In this document: positions 29,077 to 37,495 of the stretch, piece by piece
Layout: the number at the start of each line of letters is the position of its first letter
Numbering within the stretch: the first letter of the stretch is position 1
Origin: a virus
Taxonomy: Duplodnaviria > Caudoviricetes
DNA length: 39,086 bases
Reading direction: 5' to 3' (one strand)
IMG/VR virus record: IMGVR_UViG_3300032303_002011
Span: 1-39,086 of that record
Program-made: the position numbers and the translations under genes
The notes under the pieces: model-generated
Told to the model about the DNA's origin: nothing
Database searches by the model: none
What the model saw: only the letters and a program-made list of their open reading frames with translations

Positions 29077-29702
29077 AGGTAAAACCAGATTCTTTCAATG
29101 CAGTGGGGTGAAAAAGGCGACAAGCAACAGCACTTTGAGCTGTAATAGCCGACAGGATGAATGCATCCCTCGGAACTAGGATTCCTGAGCCTATCTCGTA
29201 TCTGAATCCAAGATTCAAGGCTCCTTGCCCTTATGCGTTTTGCTGAATAGCCAAAGATCTGGCCAGCTGGGTAATAAATCACCTCAGGAATTTCTGTGCC
29301 AAAAATCTCATGCCATGTCTGTTTCACGAATGGAGCAAGATCAGTGTGATTTTCAGACGCTTCCCTCCAATGAGTTTCGATTGAGCCAAGCTTGAAGATT
29401 GGGGCGCCAGATTGGACTACCCCAAAATCTGCCCACTTATTAAGCAATTCTATAAAGTCTCGAGAATGTGGAAACGGGTCCCCTTGAGCAAAGAAAACTC
29501 GGCATGGAAGCCTTTCGTAGTTCTCTATTATGAAAGTCAGGTGCGTGTCTGTATCAAGCCCAACATTCTCAAGCTTTACTCCGTTTTCGGATAGCTCCCC
29601 TTTGTCGTAGATAACAAATGGAACTTTAACCTCTTTCAGCCACGAAATGTCCTCGTTATGCCTAGCCACAACCAGCATTGATGGTATTCCGGATATTTTC
29701 AC
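29073..29702 (-). CDS. DUF3431-like protein (putative glycan-related)
   Basis: LVVARHNEDISWL..IYDKG..LENVG....HL.FIIENYE.LP..VFF.QGDPFPH..H..ER.W. Confidence 0.75.
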   Translation of the reverse strand: MKISGIPSMLVVARHNEDISWLKEVKVPFVIYDKGELSENGVKLENVGLDTDTHLTFIIENYERLPCRVFFAQGDPFPHSRDFIELLNKWADFGVVQSGAPIFKLGSIETHWREASENHTDLAPFVKQTWHEIFGTEIPEVIYYPAGQIFGYSAKRIRARSLESWIQIRDRLRNPSSEGCIHPVGYYSSKCCCLSPFSPHCIERIWFYL

Positions 29703-30049
29703 GCCATCCTCTGAATTGACCTACAGCTACGCCTCATGATCCTTGAGACCTCCCGAACACTGAGTCCTCCACGTAGAAGCATTCTTGTGACTTGGTAACG
29801 GGCATCTTGGAGTTCGCCTTTCCTGTCGTGACTGAGTATCTGCTTCTGGGTAAAACCCGTTGACTGACAAACAGCCCCGAAGTCCTTGCTTCCCTGTATT
29901 TTCTCGTCTTCCGAACTAGAGGACCCTGCGAGTGCATTAGTAACCGCAACGCACCTCGCTCCAGCCTCAAGCTGGTCAACACGTTTCTCCAGAGTCGTAA
30001 TCCGAAGTCCGAGAGCCTGCGCGACTGCCCTGTCGATCTCAATGTACAT
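29699..30049 (-). CDS. DnaA domain IV-like HTH protein with N-terminal coiled coil
   Basis: VCQSTGFTQKQILSHDR....DARY......GLSVREVSRIMRR. Confidence 0.6.
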   Translation of the reverse strand: MYIEIDRAVAQALGLRITTLEKRVDQLEAGARCVAVTNALAGSSSSEDEKIQGSKDFGAVCQSTGFTQKQILSHDRKGELQDARYQVTRMLLRGGLSVREVSRIMRRSCRSIQRMA

Positions 30050-30371
30050 ACTCGGGAACCTTTGTTACCGCTCCAACCCACTTCTTAACATCTGTACCGA
30101 TGCGGTTATTTGTATCGGCAACATAGTCTTCCGTACGATTCTTGAAGTCCTCTGGGCTCATGTCCCGCATCTCCCGAGCCTTTGCGTACTGCTCTTTGCT
30201 CAAAATCCTGCCGAGCTCGTGCCAGCCATCGTCATCAAGCCGCACACAGGCGTCACGGATGGCGTAGCAAATACCATTTCCGGCGCAGTAGTTCGCCACA
30301 GGGCGTTGTGAGAAGGCGCCACCAAGTTCGGCTATAATCTGGCGTTTATACATTTCGTTAATCTCGTTCAT
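30039..30371 (-). CDS. Hypothetical protein
   Basis: 110 aa; overlaps both neighbours in the operon. Confidence 0.6.
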   Translation of the reverse strand: MNEINEMYKRQIIAELGGAFSQRPVANYCAGNGICYAIRDACVRLDDDGWHELGRILSKEQYAKAREMRDMSPEDFKNRTEDYVADTNNRIGTDVKKWVGAVTKVPEYVH

Positions 30372-31060
30372 TTAGCTAACTCTCTTTCCTTTCTTTGTCT
30401 GATTATCATGTCGTTGAGTGAAGGTTTCCCTGCGCTAAGCCATTCCTGTTCAGTCATATTGACCTCTCCCCAAGGAGTAATTCGATTTGGCGGGCTAGAG
30501 CAATGGCTATTTTGCTCCTTGATAAACTTGGGCATGAGCGTGGGCTCCGCCTTATTCATCCAAGTGGTGATAAATCTGATCGAAAACTTCTTATCGGGAT
30601 GAGCCAGAAGGTAGCATTGAGCCTTATTCATCTCCCTTGCCGTATCTACCCCCCTCTCCTTCGCAAGCTTGAGGATCTTATCTAGCTTGGTTTTGTCATC
30701 CTCTTCTCTTGCCCCGGCCAACTCCTTCTCAATCCTCGACTGCTCCCTGACCATCCGCCTAGAGAAAGGGACCTTTTCGGCTGTACGACTAAACACACCT
30801 GCCGACTCGAGCTCCTTGCAGAGCTCCACAATAACATCCGTAGTTGTGCCCAATCCTACAGCCAAAGCCTTCGCACTTATGGCCGTTGAGTCCTGATTGA
30901 GCAGATACCCCCTTTTCGGAGAGGTATGCATAAGCAATAGGATCTCAAACCACAGAGCTTTCGCCTGTAGTGACAGCGTCCTAGTATCAGTCCACCAACT
31001 CTGAGGACTAAAGCTTAGAGACGTTGATTTCGATACAAGGGGCTTCACCGGTAGCTCCAT
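30368..31060 (-). CDS. Phage replication initiator (wHTH, replisome-organiser type)
   Basis: F.PQSWWTD...LS..AKALW.EIL..MH.S..RGYL..ELE..GVFS......SRRMVRE; start re-called to ATG 31060 (uncertain). Confidence 0.7.
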   Translation of the reverse strand: MELPVKPLVSKSTSLSFSPQSWWTDTRTLSLQAKALWFEILLLMHTSPKRGYLLNQDSTAISAKALAVGLGTTTDVIVELCKELESAGVFSRTAEKVPFSRRMVREQSRIEKELAGAREEDDKTKLDKILKLAKERGVDTAREMNKAQCYLLAHPDKKFSIRFITTWMNKAEPTLMPKFIKEQNSHCSSPPNRITPWGEVNMTEQEWLSAGKPSLNDMIIRQRKERELAK

Positions 31061-31424
31061 AAACCTTGCTTGTGTCTCCTTTACATATTTGTGCATCATC
31101 GATCCACCACGCTGACGAGGTGAGTGAGTCGAATAGCGGCTTCAAAAGATTGTCCCGATCTGGCCGTACTGGCGCTGGTTCCCTTCCGCCCTTCTTCATC
31201 GCATTAGGGCGCTTCAACACAAAAGTTACGTCAACCTGTATTGCTCCCGTCAGGGGTTCTTTCGGGGAAAATTTATTCGCGGCCAGAACAAGATCCCTGC
31301 GGTAGAGCATTCCATCCTTGTTCCGATAAACACGGAAGCCTCCCTTCGAGGCGAACCTCAAGGAGCTTTGGGTGCTCTTCGGAGCAACAGGAAGTGTTGC
31401 CACTATCCGATAAGGACTTGCCAT
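31008..31424 (-). CDS. rusA: RusA-family Holliday junction resolvase
   Basis: RPDRDNLLKPLFDSL....WIDDAQI....K.Y signature. Confidence 0.9.
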   Translation of the reverse strand: MASPYRIVATLPVAPKSTQSSLRFASKGGFRVYRNKDGMLYRRDLVLAANKFSPKEPLTGAIQVDVTFVLKRPNAMKKGGREPAPVRPDRDNLLKPLFDSLTSSAWWIDDAQICKGDTSKVYGATGEAPCIEINVSKL

Positions 31425-31657
31425 GCTGATTTAATCCTCAGTAATAGAGTTCGCTTCTGCCCAATAATGGAGAGGTGGAGAGTTCCGCTCTTCGCTTGGA
31501 CATCCAGAATCCCGCCTTGGAGATCCGGGACCTCGCTGACGGAGATTGGTCCGTATAAAGCCAGCATGTAGCTGACCACGTTTCTCCAGAACGCCTGCTG
31601 ACGGCGCTCCTCTGCCACAACTAATGCTGGGCTTGTTTTCTGGGGTCTATTTGCCAT
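31403..31657 (-). CDS. Hypothetical protein
   Basis: 84 aa; fits the tightly packed operon. Confidence 0.5.
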   Translation of the reverse strand: MANRPQKTSPALVVAEERRQQAFWRNVVSYMLALYGPISVSEVPDLQGGILDVQAKSGTLHLSIIGQKRTLLLRIKSAWQVLIG

Positions 31658-31904
31658 TTTTTTTCTTCTGGGCTATTCCGAGCCTCAGTCCTTGTTCTAA
31701 TGTCTCCAACATGGTTGCCATTACTTTGGCTCCCAAATACTGTTGGAAACGCTCCTCCCGGATCTCTTTGGATACCGATTGGTCAAGACACGCCTGACCC
31801 ATCTTTTCCAACGAGTTCAACGAAACGCTCTTAAGCCATAGGTACGGCTCAAAGTCCCTGAGTCGTTCCACCATCTCCAATGTCTGGTCGGCGTCGTATT
31901 CCAT
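31647..31904 (-). CDS. Hypothetical helical protein
   Basis: Start re-called to ATG 31904 (MEYDADQ); TAATG overlap with the upstream gene. Confidence 0.6.
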   Translation of the reverse strand: MEYDADQTLEMVERLRDFEPYLWLKSVSLNSLEKMGQACLDQSVSKEIREERFQQYLGAKVMATMLETLEQGLRLGIAQKKKNGK

Positions 31905-32176
31905 TATATTGAGTAGACGGCAATCTTCTTGCCCCCATCTGTCTCCATGGTCGCTTTCGTGACCGAGTGGCCCATCTTCCGGATGTCGTGAATCCGAGCG
32001 GCAAGCCTCAAGCATCCAAAAAGCTGGAGAGCCTCGAATGCGGTGATGCTATTACCGGAGAGCATGTGGTTCAGAATCTTCGCGTTCTGCTCATTGCCGA
32101 TCCTTGGCTGGGGGTGATGAGTCCTCCGCTCAAAATCAAGGTCTGGCTGAATGGCGCAATACATCAGCAATCCCAC
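31904..32176 (-). CDS. Winged HTH protein (HTH_39-like)
   Basis: Q...IL.HM..GNSITAFEAL..FGCLRLAARIHDIR..GH. Confidence 0.85.
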   Translation of the reverse strand: MGLLMYCAIQPDLDFERRTHHPQPRIGNEQNAKILNHMLSGNSITAFEALQLFGCLRLAARIHDIRKMGHSVTKATMETDGGKKIAVYSI

Positions 32177-32433
32177 TTTCTGAGGCTTTTATTGATTCTG
32201 CTGTTGGGGTCTCCAGCGGTCTTAGATGATGTGTTCTTGCGCTTCATGCCTTCCATCCGAGCGCAAAAAGACTTCCGCCTTCCCGCCGACTTGGTAGAAC
32301 GAGAAGCCTCCTCCCGACTAACTGGTGGCTTCAGATTTCCGCCTGTAGCCCGATTGTAGCTACGCCGACCAGCCTCATTAAGGCCACCTTCTGGGTTCTT
32401 TCCTTCTTTCCTCTGCCAAGCTGGACTAGACAT
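32164..32433 (-). CDS. Small basic phage protein (DUF6321-like)
   Basis: Start ATG 32433; AWQRKEGKNPEGGLN..RRKSFCARM.GMK..DPNSRINKSLRKWDC, a pattern I recognise from aquatic phages. Confidence 0.75.
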   Translation of the reverse strand: MSSPAWQRKEGKNPEGGLNEAGRRSYNRATGGNLKPPVSREEASRSTKSAGRRKSFCARMEGMKRKNTSSKTAGDPNSRINKSLRKWDC

Positions 32434-32635
32434 TGTGACCCCCCACCAGCCCTGAGGCCATAATCCCACGGCGTAACTCCTTAAGATAGTCAGAGTATGC
32501 GTAGGCCTCATCAGAGCACCTGCCCTCTTGATCTAGCGCAACTGCGCCCAGAAATTCAGCGAGTGGCTCAAGGGCCAAGCATAACTGCTCTGAATTCTCG
32601 AATCTTTCTAACGGAACAAGTGTTTCAACTTTCAT
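32426..32635 (-). CDS. Hypothetical protein
   Basis: 69 aa; coupled to its neighbours. Confidence 0.55.
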   Translation of the reverse strand: MKVETLVPLERFENSEQLCLALEPLAEFLGAVALDQEGRCSDEAYAYSDYLKELRRGIMASGLVGGHNV

Positions 32636-32775
32636 TGGTCGTATCCTTTCTTTATGTTTTTCTTGGTTGCCTTGATTTTCTTTTTGACCTTCCCCTTGAT
32701 GAGCCGAGGCTCGATATCGTTAGGGTTAGTCGTTGCTATTCCTGTGGATGGGACGCTTGCTTGCTCTCCGCTCAT
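32632..32775 (-). CDS. 47-aa Lys-rich protein (not in ORF track)
   Basis: MSGEQASVPSTG..KGKVKKKIKATKKNIKKGYDQ; ATGA overlaps at both ends fill the gap exactly. Confidence 0.6.
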   Translation of the reverse strand: MSGEQASVPSTGIATTNPNDIEPRLIKGKVKKKIKATKKNIKKGYDQ

Positions 32776-33338
32776 GAGGGAACCCCCACGGCATCCCTAA
32801 CCTCTTCAAGCTTCTTCTTGAAGACCTCGTCGGTTTTCATCATGGATGCGACCTTCCTGAGGGCATGAAAGGCAGTTCCATGATCACGGTTGAACATCTC
32901 CCCAATCGTCTTGAGTCCCATACCAAGGGTTACTCGGCACACATACATGCAAGCCATCCGAGCCTTGGCCACATCTGCGGTCCTGTCCTTAGATACAAGC
33001 TTATCAACCGGCACTCTGAACACGCTTGAGGTGACATTGACCGCCTTCTGGGCATCGGCTGGTGTACCCCGGAAAGGCATGGCCTTATGAAGAATCCCCA
33101 ACTCAATAGCCAAGCTCTCTGTAACCTTGCGGTAGCTCTCCATCTCAATCCTAAAAGCGCCGAGCTCATAGACCTTGCGCTTTAGTTCAGCCACCTCTTC
33201 TTCGAGTCGTGTAATCTCTGAACAAGCCAGAGGATCAATCATCTTAGAGAGGGCATATTCCGAGGCTGACGCAGAGTTGAATAGGCTCATGCGTGACGGA
33301 ATGTTGACCTCAACCTCCCTTACATTTGCTGTAATCAT
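32772..33338 (-). CDS. DnaA C-terminal (domain IV) DNA-binding protein with coiled coil
   Basis: LVSKDRT..VAKARM..MY.CR......LKTIGEMFNRDHGTAFHALRKV closely follows the DnaA domain IV consensus; no AAA+ domain. Confidence 0.85.
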   Translation of the reverse strand: MITANVREVEVNIPSRMSLFNSASASEYALSKMIDPLACSEITRLEEEVAELKRKVYELGAFRIEMESYRKVTESLAIELGILHKAMPFRGTPADAQKAVNVTSSVFRVPVDKLVSKDRTADVAKARMACMYVCRVTLGMGLKTIGEMFNRDHGTAFHALRKVASMMKTDEVFKKKLEEVRDAVGVPS

Positions 33339-34399
33339 TATTTACTCCTTGTTAATTTGTTGATGGGGCGAGTATCTATTAGATCAGCTAATAGAGCCCC
33401 AAGTTGTTGACTTGCATCTCTTTTTGAACACGCATCCTTGTCCATAATCAGCTTTTCGGCATTTGTTATGGAAATGTCTGCGGCTTCGATGGCTTTCTTC
33501 ATCCCAACGACCTCTGCGAGACGATTAAGCGCCTCTGTAGCGTCTGTGATGTAACGGCGATTCTGGGTCTGGATCTTCCAGCCTTGGATCGAACCGCCTT
33601 CTGCCATGTAGTCCCTCGCCCGTTGGCGGACTGCATCGATAACCGACTCAGCGACGATGCAACTATCCAACAGGCGGGGTAGATCCGCTGGGCTAATCAG
33701 AGTCCCTGTGCTGACGTTTGCTAGGGCTGTGGTGGCGTTCTGAGCCTCGGGGCAAACACCAGAAGCCTTGCAATACTGACAATGTGGACCGACAACCCTT
33801 GTCTCTTTCTGGCTGGAAAGCCTCTCAAGTTCGTTACGGAGTCTTTCACGCTCCATTCCGATTGCGCTTTCTGACAGCTTTTCAAGAACGACACCCTGAC
33901 CAGCTTGGATGATGGCTACATAGGCTTCCTCGGCCTTCAGATCCTCGCATCCCATGACAGCGAGAGCCCGAAGCTGGGCATTGCCAGCCGACTCAACCGG
34001 AACCATCCCTGTCTTGTAATCAAGAACAAGAATCGACTTGCCGATTGAATAGATGGCATCGGGCTTACCAGTAAGCCTTAGTTCGTTATCAACCTTTAGG
34101 CCGAGCCGTTGCTCACGAATAATCGTGGGCTTTTCCTTGGAGCCGACTACATCCGACCATTGATCGACTGCAATCTTCTCTAGGACGGAAAGCTTCTGAG
34201 CCAGATCGGCCTCTTCGACATTAAGTATCGAAAAGTCACCATTCTGTAGGGCATCGTGGATGCGATTACCCTTCTCAGCCGCTTCCCCTGCCTCGGTGTC
34301 TGGGATCAGCTTTTCGAGTTCAAAAGAACCCGGACAGCGACTCCACCTCTCCCGCTTTGAAGCAGAGGGCAATCCCTTGCGATCATCTTCGAGGATCAA
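33338..34399 (-). CDS. PD-(D/E)XK exonuclease (DUF2800/Cas4-like)
   Basis: SAS...RW..CPGS, G..IH, G.PD, DYKTG, QL; C-terminal HCQYC.....CP. Confidence 0.85.
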   Translation of the reverse strand: MILEDDRKGLPSASKRERWSRCPGSFELEKLIPDTEAGEAAEKGNRIHDALQNGDFSILNVEEADLAQKLSVLEKIAVDQWSDVVGSKEKPTIIREQRLGLKVDNELRLTGKPDAIYSIGKSILVLDYKTGMVPVESAGNAQLRALAVMGCEDLKAEEAYVAIIQAGQGVVLEKLSESAIGMERERLRNELERLSSQKETRVVGPHCQYCKASGVCPEAQNATTALANVSTGTLISPADLPRLLDSCIVAESVIDAVRQRARDYMAEGGSIQGWKIQTQNRRYITDATEALNRLAEVVGMKKAIEAADISITNAEKLIMDKDACSKRDASQQLGALLADLIDTRPINKLTRSK

Positions 34400-34584
34400 G
34401 AGGTAGCTCCTCTCGTCAAAACCTCGGACTCTTCTTTATTGATTTGACGCACCCACTCAGAGGGAACCTCTAAGAGCTTTGCGCCGTCAGGAGTTAGGAG
34501 CTCAGTCACGCCATCCGCGACCCTTGCTTCCCCGCCCCAAGTAAAATCCAAACCTTCCGGACTATGAATTTTGAACCAGTTCAT
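34396..34584 (-). CDS. Hypothetical protein
   Basis: 62 aa; coupled overlaps at both ends. Confidence 0.55.
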   Translation of the reverse strand: MNWFKIHSPEGLDFTWGGEARVADGVTELLTPDGAKLLEVPSEWVRQINKEESEVLTRGATS

Positions 34585-34748
34585 TCGAAAAATCCCTTTC
34601 TAATTTTGTCGATGATTGTGCAAATAACCGCCACGCCTAGGGCGATGCCAGTTACGGCGATGCCCAAAACCACAACCCAACCGACGATCCAGTAGGAGGC
34701 ATTTACCAATTCCCGAAGGAAGGTCGGCTGGGCTATGGGTTCAGTCAT
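34581..34748 (-). CDS. 55-aa single-TM membrane protein (not in ORF track)
   Basis: MTEPIAQP..YWIVGWVVVLGIAVTGIALGVAVICTII-DKIRKGFFE; its stop overlaps the next ATG. Confidence 0.6.
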   Translation of the reverse strand: MTEPIAQPTFLRELVNASYWIVGWVVVLGIAVTGIALGVAVICTIIDKIRKGFFE

Positions 34749-34757
34749 GGTGATCAA

Positions 34758-35588
34758 TTAGAACGGCACTCCATCTTCGGGCTCGGGTGCATTAGCCAGC
34801 ATCGAGCGGATGATTTTGTTGCGCTCCAAGTCGGACTTGAACGGCTTCCCGTCCTTTCCGAGTTTCAGTTCCTGACGCTCCAGCCATTCGAGATAACGAA
34901 GGCCATCCTCGGTCTTCCCGATGGTACGAAGGGTCTGACCCTTATATTTCCCGAAGGAAATTGCCATATCGGCCAAGGGTGCGTTTTTATCGAACTGCAC
35001 TGCCTGACGATTCGACTCGGCGACCCTTGTGCCAACCGACTCACTCTGAATGATGTGGGCAATCTCCTTGGCTTCGGACGGCGATGGGGTGGCTTCAATG
35101 ATGCAAGCTTTAGGAGCCTCATCCTTAAACCCACCCTCTGGCACTTCCTCTGCGGGAGTTGCGGATAGATCCGATACCCCCATCAAAGGCACTACCGAGG
35201 CCAAGGCAGAGCGAACCACCTTGGACAACGCCCGAGTCTGAGCCATAGACCGAATTGCGTAGGCATTCGCGTTCTTCCAACGAGCCTCGTCACGGCCACA
35301 GAACCCTTCGGCTCTTGCCACAACGATGCCAGTATCAGACTTACGAAGTTCAGCCACAGCGACGTATCCGTCACCTTCGGGTCGAACTTCCGCAATTCCG
35401 GGCATGAAGCCAGCCGTGTTAGCCAGCATCCCCCATCCTTCAGCCTTAATGTGACGCTTCGGAGGATTGCCAATCCTTATCGTCTGCTGAAGAACAGCGT
35501 CTTTCACCACATGCGCTAAGGTCCGGAGCCCGTGGTGAAGGGCAGACGGATCTGTTAGTTGGTTGTTGTTGTGTGTTGTGTTTTCCAT
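34758..35588 (-). CDS. Putative ssDNA-annealing recombinase with C-terminal FGKYKG (DUF3820-like) domain
   Basis: HIKAEGW..AEGFC..E..W..SMAQTRA..TPAEE core; ISFGKYKGQTL..YLEWL; acidic tail ending VPF; upstream of the exonuclease. Confidence 0.6.
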   Translation of the reverse strand: MENTTHNNNQLTDPSALHHGLRTLAHVVKDAVLQQTIRIGNPPKRHIKAEGWGMLANTAGFMPGIAEVRPEGDGYVAVAELRKSDTGIVVARAEGFCGRDEARWKNANAYAIRSMAQTRALSKVVRSALASVVPLMGVSDLSATPAEEVPEGGFKDEAPKACIIEATPSPSEAKEIAHIIQSESVGTRVAESNRQAVQFDKNAPLADMAISFGKYKGQTLRTIGKTEDGLRYLEWLERQELKLGKDGKPFKSDLERNKIIRSMLANAPEPEDGVPF

Positions 35589-35591
35589 AAT

Positions 35592-35834
35592 TCAGCTCTT
35601 GTAGTACTTCCCCTTGACCTCGGTGTAGGCAGATTGGGGGGTGAAAAGTTTTGCCTCAGAAATAAGCGAGGTGTCGTAACGCTTGCCAAAACGGCTGTTT
35701 AGAAATTCATCAAGACGCTCAAGCGAGCAAAGGATTGCCCTGCGGTCTTGGTAGCCAAAGTTCGCCAGATCAGTCCGGCGGAGTCCCCTCAAAATAAAAT
35801 TACGAAGCCAATCCCATTGAGCCATGTTCGGCAT
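35592..35834 (-). CDS. Hypothetical protein
   Basis: 80 aa ORF ending 3 nt before the next start. Confidence 0.45.
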   Translation of the reverse strand: MPNMAQWDWLRNFILRGLRRTDLANFGYQDRRAILCSLERLDEFLNSRFGKRYDTSLISEAKLFTPQSAYTEVKGKYYKS

Positions 35835-36020
35835 CGGAGCCGAAATTCTTCTTACACGGAGTTTGCGATCTACTGCGGATACGCCGAGTTTGCTAATTGT
35901 CGATTAATGCGTGGCGAAAAGAATTTCCTTTTTTCCGAGTAGCGCCGATCTCACCATCGCCACGGATCGAATTTTTTTTTAATTCTTCGAGCCGTTAATC
36001 CATCACTTTTGACAGACTAT

Positions 36021-36626
36021 TTATTGTGCGACTTCTGTTATCGCTTCGGATTCGGAGGAAGTTTCTAACTCGTTAGCATTCCTCCGTTTGTATTTGGCCC
36101 AGCGAATAATCGAAGCCCGATGAGCACTAGCTCTTCTTGCTGGCGTTGAGCAACGGCCACCTTTTGCTCCGATTTCCGCCATGTGGTTGGAGACTTCAGT
36201 TTCAACGTGTTTGAAATTCCCAAAATTCTCATCTTTCGTCAACACGAAATTTCGTAGGCGTGTTTTTGCGGCAGCACTACGCTTTGTGTGGCTCTTTTGG
36301 CCCTTGCTTGGGCAGGCCTTTTTGCAGTCAATACAGCACCTACGGATGCCTCTATAACGCTCAGAATCATCCAAAATGTCTTCAGCTAGGGCTAGGTATA
36401 TGTTGTTTTCGCCCCGCACTACCCGATCAGCCTTAATCCTTACATACAAGCTCATATCCCTTTCGGGATATTCCGATATTAATGGGTCTTCGAACAATAA
36501 GAGCTGTTGCCCGTCATTTAGGCGCCTATCCACAACCAAAGCCCCCAATACCTTGATTTTCGCTCCCAAGGAGAGCGGAACAACCGGAGCACCCATTCGA
36601 TGGGTGTTTATAGGACAGTACCTCAT
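36021..36626 (-). CDS. Hypothetical protein with C-terminal KGG-like motif
   Basis: HMAEIGAKGG..RW motif and CCIDC..C; first gene left of the control region; start uncertain. Confidence 0.5.
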   Translation of the reverse strand: MRYCPINTHRMGAPVVPLSLGAKIKVLGALVVDRRLNDGQQLLLFEDPLISEYPERDMSLYVRIKADRVVRGENNIYLALAEDILDDSERYRGIRRCCIDCKKACPSKGQKSHTKRSAAAKTRLRNFVLTKDENFGNFKHVETEVSNHMAEIGAKGGRCSTPARRASAHRASIIRWAKYKRRNANELETSSESEAITEVAQ

Positions 36627-36686
36627 GATACTTCACTTAGTACGATTGTTTGCGTATTAGTCTAAAAGAGTAAATGCTAAATGTAA

Positions 36687-36722
36687 GGTGTTAAACACCA
36701 CCTACTTGCGGTGTTAAACACC
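36687..36722. promoter_or_regulatory. Twin palindromic operators GGTGTT-A-AACACC
   Basis: Identical 13-bp palindromes at 36687-36699 and 36710-36722 in an AT-rich divergent intergenic region. Confidence 0.75.
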
Positions 36723-36765
36723 AATAAAGAAATTGGATTCTACAAAACCTTGGGTATTTAGCCTA

Positions 36766-36990
36766 ATGCCCAATAAGCGTCATCCAACTCGAAAATATAT
36801 TGGGTTTTGGGCAACTTTATTTCTTAAGAGCAAATTAACAGAGATAGCCTCGAGTAAGGGCGTCACCCTTTCGGTCCTCGTGACCCAGATACTACGAGAT
36901 TTTCTAATTGGCCCCAAGAGCACCAAACTGCCTTCTTCTTGCATCATTCTGAAGAAGGGTAATCGCCCTCGCCGCCGAAAACTTGGCTAG
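36766..36990 (+). CDS. Ribbon-helix-helix (Arc/CopG-like) regulator
   Basis: ATG 36766; KYIGFWA strand, LKSKLTEIA helix, GVTLSVLVTQIL helix. Confidence 0.6.
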   Translation: MPNKRHPTRKYIGFWATLFLKSKLTEIASSKGVTLSVLVTQILRDFLIGPKSTKLPSSCIILKKGNRPRRRKLG

Positions 36991-37389
36991 GCTGATTTGA
37001 TTGGCTATCTCGCCAAGCACCTCATCGGCAGTATCGGCAGAGATTATCACCTCCCACTCCAAGCCGAGCCCCGGAGCGTGTTTTAGGCTTTTAAGCTCAT
37101 AGGTAGGCTCAACCGAGAAGCCCCACGCCTTCCAAAGCTCTTTTAGGGGCTTCATCCGAAGCCAAAGGTATCCGTGGACAGAGAAGGCCCCTCGAGGGCC
37201 CATAACGTGGTCTCTGTAAAAACGCATTAACCCAGACCATTCGTGAGGACCCTTCCCATCGTCTCTCAGGTTAACCCAGCACCCCAGAAGCTCCTCCGGA
37301 GGCATTTCAGAGATCATTCGGTAGGTATATGGGTGGTCTTTGTGCATTTGTTTAACGTCAAGTGAGGTCTCGAGTAGTTGCATATCCAT
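36904..37389 (-). CDS. Hypothetical protein
   Basis: 161 aa with protein-like composition; converges on and overlaps the RHH gene tail. Confidence 0.55.
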   Translation of the reverse strand: MDMQLLETSLDVKQMHKDHPYTYRMISEMPPEELLGCWVNLRDDGKGPHEWSGLMRFYRDHVMGPRGAFSVHGYLWLRMKPLKELWKAWGFSVEPTYELKSLKHAPGLGLEWEVIISADTADEVLGEIANQISLAKFSAARAITLLQNDARRRQFGALGAN

Positions 37390-37495
37390 AGATAGTCCCG
37401 CTGTTTGCGAAGTTTCCGCAAAATAGTTGTTGCGTCAAAGCCTTCCGTTCTTACCAAGACCTCCTGTGCCACGAAACAAGAAGGCTAAATAGGCC

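Noticed and set aside
33338-34399. Cas4 as evidence of a CRISPR system
   Set aside because: No other cas genes or array; context is a phage recombination operon.
36526-36534. DnaA-box-like CTATCCACA
   Set aside because: A single one-mismatch site within a CDS is expected by chance in 39 kb.
36558-36572. SLGAK pentapeptide in the 201-aa minus-strand ORF, matching the giant-protein motif
   Set aside because: Single occurrence in a hydrophobic context near an uncertain start; probably coincidence.
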